Of a DNA stretch of 39,861 nucleotides, positions 33,329-39,861 are shown in pieces. The notes beneath the pieces were generated by a model. That model made no database searches, was not told the origin of the DNA, and saw only the letters and a list, made by a program, of their open reading frames with translations. Made by a program: the position numbers and the translations under genes. This DNA is from Candidatus Pacearchaeota archaeon (lineage in GTDB: Archaea; Nanobdellota; Nanobdellia; Pacearchaeales; GW2011-AR1): contig JBJKQI010000010.1 in NCBI GenBank assembly GCA_046705565.1, positions 1 to 39,861 of the forward strand, read 5' to 3'. Position 1 is the first letter of the stretch. Each line of letters opens with the position of its first letter.

Positions 33329-33931
33329 ATGATTGGAGGTTTAATTGCACTTGCTTCTTTTGGAATTGCCGGAGGAGGAAATATCGGAAATTTTCTATAT
33401 CAATTGGAAAATGCGGGAGTCTTTAGTTATGTTTTACCTTTCCTTATGATTTTTGCAGTAGTCTATGCAATTTTATCTCACTCAAATTTTTTGGGAAACA
33501 ATAATACTGTGGTTAATCTTATTGTTTCAATTGCAGTTGCATTAATGGCCTTACAGTTTCAATTTGTTTCTTATTTCTTTTCAGAAATATTTCCAAGGTT
33601 AGGTGTTGCCCTTTCTATAATTTTAACTTTCATGATTCTATTGGGGCTTTTTGTTCCGTGGGGCAATGGGCAGGGTTCAAATTGGACACGATGGTTCTTT
33701 GGGATTTTGGCAGGAATTGCCGGGGTGATTATTCTTGTCCAAAGTTTTTCAGATGCTTTTGGATGGAACGGAGATATCTTTGGGGGAGGTTCTTGGTATT
33801 GGGTTAGCCAATATTCAACAACAATAATAATCTGTGTTCTTGTCTTAGGGGTAATTATTGGGGTTCCACTAGCCAGTGCGAGGAGAAATAGAAGGAATCA
33901 GCAAAATAATCAAGGTGGACAGCATCATTAA
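33329..33931 (+). CDS. polytopic membrane protein (paralog 2)
   Basis: 200 aa. YVLPFLMIFAVVYAILSHSNFLGNNNTVVNLIVSIAVALM aligns with paralog 1. It has an R/N/Q-rich C-terminal tail. Confidence 0.6.
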   Translation: MIGGLIALASFGIAGGGNIGNFLYQLENAGVFSYVLPFLMIFAVVYAILSHSNFLGNNNTVVNLIVSIAVALMALQFQFVSYFFSEIFPRLGVALSIILTFMILLGLFVPWGNGQGSNWTRWFFGILAGIAGVIILVQSFSDAFGWNGDIFGGGSWYWVSQYSTTIIICVLVLGVIIGVPLASARRNRRNQQNNQGGQHH

Positions 33932-34029
33932 ATAATTTTTTATAAGATTAATTTTATTTAATTTGTCTTTTTGATTTTTCTTTGTTCGTTTTTTCAAAGG
34001 TGAAATCAAAGATTTCTCCAAATTATAAA

Positions 34030-34710
34030 TTATTTTTTGTTCTTGTTTAATTTTTCAAAAGAATCTTCAACCATTTCAACTTCTTTTTTTACGGCTTCAA
34101 TATTTTTCCCGAATGAACCAACTTTATCAAGAATTGCAATTTGCATCTTGTCAAATTGTTTTTCAATTCTTCTAAGCCTTTCATTCATGTCTTCTAAAGC
34201 GGGAGCCATAATTGCTCTAGCCTCTTTAAGTGTTTTCAAATCATCCTCAATCTTCTTTGTTTTTTCAGAGAAGACTTGTTCGGCTACTTCAATCATTGTT
34301 TCAGAATTCATTGAATAGTTCTGGTTTGGCGCATAGCCATTGTTTTCTGGTTGCTCATAATATTCTTCACTTCCTCCCTGGGCTTTGTCTGGGGAATAGT
34401 TTCCTTCTTCCTGGTATGAATAATTTGCATAATCTTGTGAGGAGTCTGGTGTAGGAGATGGAGCGTATGTTTCTTCGGCCGGTTGACCTGAAGGATTTGC
34501 ACTTTCTTCTTCTTCATTTCCCATCATTGAAGGAGTCATGCCTTTTGTTGAGAAACTATCTTCTCCTGAAACTGCCTCTTTTATTTTTGATTGATTCATT
34601 GCATCATTTATTTCCATCGGTGAAATTCCTTCTTCTTTTAGTCTGTCTGTAATGTTCTTTTCTGAGAGACCTTTCTCTTTCATCTCTTTAATTCTCTCAA
34701 GGAGCGCCAT
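34030..34710 (-). CDS. hypothetical protein: small N-terminal helical domain, Y/E/N/Q-rich disordered linker, C-terminal coiled coil
   Basis: 226-aa ORF whose start overlaps the upstream gene's stop by 1 nt. The composition shows three clear segments. No family recognised. Confidence 0.6.
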   Translation of the reverse strand: MALLERIKEMKEKGLSEKNITDRLKEEGISPMEINDAMNQSKIKEAVSGEDSFSTKGMTPSMMGNEEEESANPSGQPAEETYAPSPTPDSSQDYANYSYQEEGNYSPDKAQGGSEEYYEQPENNGYAPNQNYSMNSETMIEVAEQVFSEKTKKIEDDLKTLKEARAIMAPALEDMNERLRRIEKQFDKMQIAILDKVGSFGKNIEAVKKEVEMVEDSFEKLNKNKK

Positions 34711-35057
34711 TACTTTTTAATGTTTCTTTTACTTTTTAACTTTTCTAAGTCTTCTTTTGTTGCAAATTCCAATGGTTGAAACATCTTAGCCTGTTTTTTT
34801 AATATTTCAAGGTCATCTTTTTTTGCAAACTTTGAGAATTCTCCTGAGATTGTTTCCATAAAATCCTTTAATTTTTCAATTCCTCTTTTCATAATTTCAA
34901 CTTCTTTTTTTAGTTCAATTATTTCCTCTTCGTATTTTTCGCGAAAGTCAATTAAATTTTGTCCAATTAAAATTAGTCTATCTTTTATTATCCTTTGTCT
35001 CTCCTCAAGATCCATCAGACTTGAATAATTTTGCTCTTGGGTTTCATCCTCTTCCAT
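34710..35057 (-). CDS. coiled-coil protein
   Basis: 115 aa, heptad-rich throughout (EEEIIELKKEVEIMKRGIEKLKDFMETI). First gene of a two-gene operon divergent from the secretion ATPase. Confidence 0.55.
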   Translation of the reverse strand: MEEDETQEQNYSSLMDLEERQRIIKDRLILIGQNLIDFREKYEEEIIELKKEVEIMKRGIEKLKDFMETISGEFSKFAKKDDLEILKKQAKMFQPLEFATKEDLEKLKSKRNIKK

Positions 35058-35149
35058 ATACTAAATGGGGAAAGCTCACTTTAAATTTGTTTCTTTTGGT
35101 TGAAGTTTTTTTCACAAATTAATATAAACCATTTATTCTTTTTAATAGG

Positions 35150-37435
35150 ATGGAATTTGAAAAAGGTGAGAAGGTATATTCTAGCAGAGTTGAAAGAGAG
35201 GGTGGCGAGGATATTTTATACTTTAATTTTAATGGAGCGAATTATCCTCCGAGTGTTTCCGGATATCCGGAAGTGATGGAAATGGCGGTTGATGCACTAA
35301 TTGAGAACCCAAATGTTTCGAGGATGATCTTTGTGACGGACAAAAGTTATAATTATGGTTTTAATGAAACAAATTATCTTTTAGAAGTGGCCAGTCTTTA
35401 TGTTTATTTTCTAAAGCAAGAGGAGATTCTTTCACACAAAAAACTTGTGAGTTTGAATGAGTCCTTTTTCTCAAAAAGATATAACGACTTGTTTTCTTTT
35501 TTATACTCTTTCAAGAAAGATCCGGTTGGGGCTTATTATACTCTTAAAAGAATTATTGTTGATGCAAAGATTTTTTTCCAGAGGTTGAATGAAGAGGAAA
35601 AAATTGATCAGGGGAATTACATAAGGCTCTTAGATAAAACTCTTGCAACTGTTGAAAAGATGAAGATAATTGTTGATGCACGACCTTATCTGACAAATTA
35701 TTCTTTTGGTTCGAGAGAGATTTATTCAAAACTTTTTATTCCGGATATAATACCCAGTTTTACATTTACTAGGCTTGTGGCTGACATTCCAGAGGAGGCC
35801 CAAATTGTTGATCAGTATGAAGTATCGGTAGATGACTTTGATGTGAGTAATGTGACGATCTTAAAAAAGAAAAACGAGTCTAAACTTTACTACTATTTAT
35901 CTCCTCCAGAATCTTTATTAACAGAAGAAGAGAATGTGCTTTTGAATCTTGCAAGGGGTGTGTTGATTGAACACCAACCAAAAGCCGAAGAGTTTACAGA
36001 TGTTGAGAGAACGCGGAAAGTCTTCTTTAATATTTCAAAAGATTTGATAAGAGATTTGGCTGGAAGTAAAGGAATAAAATTGAATTACATTTCCCTTATG
36101 AAACTTTCGCAGGTTCTCGTGCGCCACACAATTGGTTTTGGCCTCGTTGAAGTGTTGTTGCAGGATAAAAATCTTCAGGATATTTCTCTTAATGCTCCAA
36201 TCTCACAGACCCCAGTTTATGTGAGGCACAGCGAATATGATGAATGTGTAACAAATATTCTGCCAAGTCGTGAAGATGCAGATAGCTGGGCTGCAAAGTT
36301 TAGGATGGTTTCTGGCCGGCCTTTAGACGAAGCTAATCCTATATTAGATACTCAACTTGAAATTGCAAAGCTTCGTGCGAGAATTGCGATAATTCAGGAT
36401 CCTTTAAGTCCGGATGGTCTTGCTTATTCAATAAGACGACACAGAGAAAATCCGTGGACGCTTCCTTTGTTCATTCAAAATAGGATGATTAATCCCCTTG
36501 GTGCGGGGTTGTTAAGTTTTTTAATTGATGGGGCTCGTACACTTTTAATTGCTGGAACAAGAAGTTCAGGTAAAACCTCTTTACTTGGAAGTCTTATGCT
36601 CGAAATAAATCCTAAGTCAAGAATTATAACTGTTGAGGATTCTCTTGAACTACCCATTGAAAGTTTAAGAAAATTAAATTTTGATATTCTAAGAATGAAA
36701 GTGCGTTCAGCCCTTTTGAAAACCGGAAATGAAGTTTCAGCTGATGATGGAATAAGAACTTCCCTTCGTTTGGGAGATTCTTCTTTAATTATTGGTGAAG
36801 TGCGTTCAGTTGAGGCAAAAGCACTTTATGAAGCAATGCGTGTCGGAGCTCTCGCGAATGTTGTAGCCGGCACAATTCACGGTGCTTCACCATACGGAGT
36901 TTTTGACAGGGTTGTAAATGATTTAGGGGTTCCAGCAACGAGCTTTAAAGCAACAGATATCATTGCTGTGGCTAACCCGATAAAATCTGCAGATGGTTTG
37001 CATTCATGGAGAAGATTATTGGAAATTTCCGAAGTGAAAAAGCATTGGAAGGAAGACCCTGTGCTAGAGAGGGGGTTTAGTGATTTGATGAAGTATGATG
37101 TTGAGAAAGATGAATTGGAAGCCTCTGATGCACTTATCAATGGAGAGAGTGAAGTCATCAAAGACATTGCTTCAAAAGTAAAAGGCTGGGCAGGAAATTG
37201 GGATGCAGTTTATGATAATATTCTTCTTCGCTCTAAGGTAAAAAATGAAATTGTTAAAGTTGCCAAATCTTCAGGTCATGAAGAAGTTCTTGAAGCTAAA
37301 TTTAATGTTTTAGCAAATCACGTGTTCCACAGAATTTCAGATGAAGTAATCGAGGAACTTGGCCTACCTGTCGGAGATGTTGTTTTTCCTCGTTGGCAGG
37401 AATGGCTTAATAAAGAGATAAAGAATATTGAGTAA
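35150..37435 (+). CDS. FlaI/PilB/VirB11-class secretion ATPase with a long N-terminal extension
   Basis: 761 aa with Walker A (AGTRSSGKTSLL), Asp box (ITVEDSLEL), Walker B (SLIIGEVRS) and His box (VAGTIHG) in the C-terminal half. About 330 aa precede the recognisable ATPase region. Confidence 0.85.
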   Translation: MEFEKGEKVYSSRVEREGGEDILYFNFNGANYPPSVSGYPEVMEMAVDALIENPNVSRMIFVTDKSYNYGFNETNYLLEVASLYVYFLKQEEILSHKKLVSLNESFFSKRYNDLFSFLYSFKKDPVGAYYTLKRIIVDAKIFFQRLNEEEKIDQGNYIRLLDKTLATVEKMKIIVDARPYLTNYSFGSREIYSKLFIPDIIPSFTFTRLVADIPEEAQIVDQYEVSVDDFDVSNVTILKKKNESKLYYYLSPPESLLTEEENVLLNLARGVLIEHQPKAEEFTDVERTRKVFFNISKDLIRDLAGSKGIKLNYISLMKLSQVLVRHTIGFGLVEVLLQDKNLQDISLNAPISQTPVYVRHSEYDECVTNILPSREDADSWAAKFRMVSGRPLDEANPILDTQLEIAKLRARIAIIQDPLSPDGLAYSIRRHRENPWTLPLFIQNRMINPLGAGLLSFLIDGARTLLIAGTRSSGKTSLLGSLMLEINPKSRIITVEDSLELPIESLRKLNFDILRMKVRSALLKTGNEVSADDGIRTSLRLGDSSLIIGEVRSVEAKALYEAMRVGALANVVAGTIHGASPYGVFDRVVNDLGVPATSFKATDIIAVANPIKSADGLHSWRRLLEISEVKKHWKEDPVLERGFSDLMKYDVEKDELEASDALINGESEVIKDIASKVKGWAGNWDAVYDNILLRSKVKNEIVKVAKSSGHEEVLEAKFNVLANHVFHRISDEVIEELGLPVGDVVFPRWQEWLNKEIKNIE

Positions 37436-37490
37436 TTGTATTTAGAAGGTTTTATTAATTATTTTTCTTTTGTTTTTAAAGAGGTGGATT

Positions 37491-39656
37491 ATGTCAAAAC
37501 CAACTGTAGATGAAATCTTAAAAAAGTACGGCGCTAAGATAGAAAATCAAATTAATTCAAATTCTGATGAAAAGTACAGCTCTTCTTATGAAACTTTTAA
37601 AGGGGAAATTGAGAGAGAATATTCTGGCTATGAAAAGTGGGCGAACAGCCTCGGAAACATAATAAAGTTAAAGCCGTCTAAAAAAGATGAAAAAAAGATT
37701 AGTAGGGCAATTGACTCAGCCCATCTTTCAATTGAACCCTGGCAGGCAATAAGTCTCTCTGTTGTTAGTTTTCTTCTGCTTTTTATGTTTGGTTTAATGA
37801 TCTCTGTTGCAGTTGTTTTTTTTAACAATGGGGATATTGCAAGTTTTCCACTGCTATTTTTCTTCTTAATTGTGTTTAGTTCACTTTTTCTATTTTCTTT
37901 TTTGAACGGTTTTCCTGATAGAATTGCAAGGAAATGGAGACTTAAGGCGTCAAGCCAGATGGTGCCTGCAATACTTTATATCGTTGTTTATATGAGACAC
38001 ACTTCAAATTTGGAGCGAGCAATCCAATTTGCTTCGGAACATTTAGATTACCCTCTCTCTTTGGATTTTAAAAAAATATTTTATGATGTTGAGGTAGGGA
38101 AGTATTCAACAATAAAAGAAAGCCTGGACCATTATCTTGAAACATGGAGGGATTATTCTCCGGAGTTTATTGAAAGTTTTCATTTAATAGAATCCAGCCT
38201 TTTTGAACCCGACCAAGGAAGGAGAATCTCTACTCTAGAAAAAGCTCTTCAGGTAGTTTTAGATGGAGTCTATGAGAAAATGTTAAAGTTTAGTCATTCT
38301 GTTCGAAGTCCCTTGACGAATGTTTATATGCTGGGGGTAGTTCTACCAACATTAGGGTTGGCTTTAATTCCTCTTGCTTCAGCGATGGTGGGGGGCTTAT
38401 TAACATACGTCCATGTCTTTCTTCTTTTCAATTTGATTGTTCCTTTTCTGGTTTATTATTTAACGGATAAAGTTTTGTCAATGAGGCCGGGGGGTTATGG
38501 GGAGACAAATTTACTAGAGAGAAATCCCCTTTATCCGAAATATAAAAGTAACACCCCTTACAGAAAAGCATTCTTAATAGCTTTCCCTCTTTTTGTTATA
38601 AGTCTTTTACCAATCATATTTCAATTCACCCCTGTTCCTGAGATGCTGGGCTTAGCTAAAGATTACACTTTTTCGCAGCTGGGGCTTTCTTTTTTGGGAA
38701 GTGGAAATTTCTTTGGTTTTGTCTCAACCTCTGCCGGAGTTAAGGGGCCTTTTGGAATGGGAGCTCTCTTGCTTGGGATGTTTTGTCCTGTCTCTATTGC
38801 AATTTTCTTTTCTATGGCTTACAAAGGTAAAACAAAAGAGCTTATTGTTGAAAGAAAAAAAACAAAGGAACTTGAAGCCGAGTTTAATAATTCTCTTTTC
38901 CAACTTGGGAATAGGTTGGGTAACGGCGTTCCTCCGGAGCTTGTATTCGGACGTGTTGCAGAATCTTCGACGGGCTTGCGTACAGGAGAATTTTTCCGTC
39001 GTGTTAATTATAATATACGCCAGATGGGGATGAGTGTTGAAGGAGCTATTTTTGACAAGCATCGGGGAGCATTGAGACTTTTTCCTTCAAATTTGATTGC
39101 AACTTCAATGAGGATTTTAGTTGAATCTTCGAAGAAAGGATTGAAAATTGCAGCGGTTAGCTTAATGAGCATTTCGGAATATGTTAAGAATCTTGATAAA
39201 ATTACGACACGTCTGAAAGATTTGCTTGCTGAGATAATAAGCGATATGAAATCAAATATGACCTTTTTAGCTCCTTTACTTTCCGGGATTGTTATTGGGT
39301 TGGCTGCTATGATCACTTCAATTTTAGGAATGCTTCAACTAGGAAATTTAGCGAATGTGTCAAGTCTTGGCGGGACTCTTGCAAATCTCGTTGGGCCGAA
39401 TGGAATTTTCCAGCAGAATAATATGATTCCCCCATACTTTTTACAAATCTCCATTGGCATTTATTTAATTGAAATAATATTCATCTTAACTTCAACGCTC
39501 GTGACAATTGATTCAGGGGAAGACCAACTTGAAAGGATAAACAAAATTGGCAGGAATTTGAAGAAAGGTATGGGGCTCTATTTTGTTGTCGCTCTTTTGA
39601 GTATCGTTGCTTTGAGTTTGTTAAGTATTTTTGTACTAGGAAATCTCCTGGGATAG
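37491..39656 (+). CDS. FlaJ/TadC-like polytopic membrane platform protein
   Basis: About 721 aa from the ATG at 37491, with GAGGTG 4 nt upstream; the track starts at a TTG at 37470. Clusters of hydrophobic helices alternate with two soluble domains. Its position directly downstream of the ATPase matches archaeal pilus/archaellum operons. Confidence 0.6.
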   Translation: MSKPTVDEILKKYGAKIENQINSNSDEKYSSSYETFKGEIEREYSGYEKWANSLGNIIKLKPSKKDEKKISRAIDSAHLSIEPWQAISLSVVSFLLLFMFGLMISVAVVFFNNGDIASFPLLFFFLIVFSSLFLFSFLNGFPDRIARKWRLKASSQMVPAILYIVVYMRHTSNLERAIQFASEHLDYPLSLDFKKIFYDVEVGKYSTIKESLDHYLETWRDYSPEFIESFHLIESSLFEPDQGRRISTLEKALQVVLDGVYEKMLKFSHSVRSPLTNVYMLGVVLPTLGLALIPLASAMVGGLLTYVHVFLLFNLIVPFLVYYLTDKVLSMRPGGYGETNLLERNPLYPKYKSNTPYRKAFLIAFPLFVISLLPIIFQFTPVPEMLGLAKDYTFSQLGLSFLGSGNFFGFVSTSAGVKGPFGMGALLLGMFCPVSIAIFFSMAYKGKTKELIVERKKTKELEAEFNNSLFQLGNRLGNGVPPELVFGRVAESSTGLRTGEFFRRVNYNIRQMGMSVEGAIFDKHRGALRLFPSNLIATSMRILVESSKKGLKIAAVSLMSISEYVKNLDKITTRLKDLLAEIISDMKSNMTFLAPLLSGIVIGLAAMITSILGMLQLGNLANVSSLGGTLANLVGPNGIFQQNNMIPPYFLQISIGIYLIEIIFILTSTLVTIDSGEDQLERINKIGRNLKKGMGLYFVVALLSIVALSLLSIFVLGNLLG

Positions 39657-39707
39657 TTTATTTTAGCTTTTAGCAATATTTATTAAATCGATTTTCTTTT
39701 GTTTTTT

Positions 39708-39861
39708 ATGAAGAGGGGGAACCTTTTTTTTAACAAAAAAGGAATTGTTTCAGAGTATCTCCCATGGATATTAATCTCGATTGCAGTTTTAGTGATTTTG
39801 ATGATTACAATTTATATTCTTCAGGGAAAAGGGACTGATGTTCTGGGTTCAATTAAAAATC
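39708..39861 (+). CDS. candidate type IV pilin-like protein, 5' part only, runs off the window
   Basis: Manual translation gives MKRGNLFFNKKG/IVSEYLPWILISIAVLVILMITIYIL... A short basic leader ends in KG and is followed by a long hydrophobic helix, as in class III (prepilin) signal peptides. It lies directly downstream of the platform gene. Confidence 0.35.
   Translation, partial: MKRGNLFFNKKGIVSEYLPWILISIAVLVILMITIYILQGKGTDVLGSIKN

Noticed and set aside
34037-34652. Plus-strand ORFs 34037..34318, 34230..34454 and 34458..34652, and minus-strand ORF 34308..34517
   Set aside because: All overlap the 226-aa minus-strand ORF. That ORF forms a translationally coupled pair with the upstream coiled-coil gene. 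The alternatives are L/F/S-rich or K/H/T-rich low-complexity frames.
37628-39316. ORFs inside or antisense to the FlaJ-like gene (37628..37828, 38701..39033, 38724..39062, 39008..39316)
   Set aside because: They are contained within a long, continuous ORF with membrane-protein character, and nothing supports them independently.
1-39861. Search by eye for tRNA, rRNA, RNase P or SRP RNA signatures and for stop-codon reassignment
   Set aside because: I saw no GC-rich cloverleaf-like segment, no T-loop consensus and no conserved RNase P or SRP motif. Long ORFs terminate normally with standard stops, so there is no sign of an alternative code. A covariance-model scan is still needed to exclude ncRNAs, especially in 10952-12120.

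Overview
This is an AT-rich, gene-dense archaeal chromosomal segment. The archaeal assignment rests on PolD DP1/DP2, Orc1/Cdc6, an archaeal-type TyrRS, uL13/uS9 and a FlaI/FlaJ-like secretion pair. Many abutting or overlapping genes and several split or fused genes suggest a small-genome, possibly DPANN-like lineage; that is inference only. In order, the window holds: (1) rpl13-rps9. (2) A three-gene minus-strand block with a Xer-like tyrosine recombinase coupled to an orphan serine-recombinase DNA-binding domain. (3) An RRM protein and small membrane proteins. (4) A contiguous bacterial-type uvrA-uvrC-uvrB cluster. (5) A 1169-nt gene-free region full of repeats and palindromes. (6) A convergent pair of paralogous coiled-coil/winged-helix genes with CAAACAGA microsatellites, plus three small genes. 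(7) A predicted oriC, with three ORB-like repeats around a very AT-rich stretch, directly upstream of an orc1-DP1-DP2-PHP operon. (8) Housekeeping and repair genes: TctA-like, tyrS, DRG-like GTPase, Mpg glycosylase and an ArmA/Rmt-like 16S rRNA methyltransferase. (9) A split Hef whose nuclease half is fused to a cytidylate-kinase-like domain. (10) A C39-like peptidase and an M50-like protein without HExxH. (11) A type IV pilus/archaellum-like locus: PRC-barrel protein, paralogous membrane proteins, a coiled-coil operon, an oversized ATPase, a platform protein and a truncated pilin candidate. I recognised no tRNA, rRNA or CRISPR array. The strongest candidates for undescribed biology are the repeat-rich noncoding region with its winged-helix paralog module next to oriC, and the kinase-ERCC4 nuclease fusion beside a stand-alone Hef helicase.
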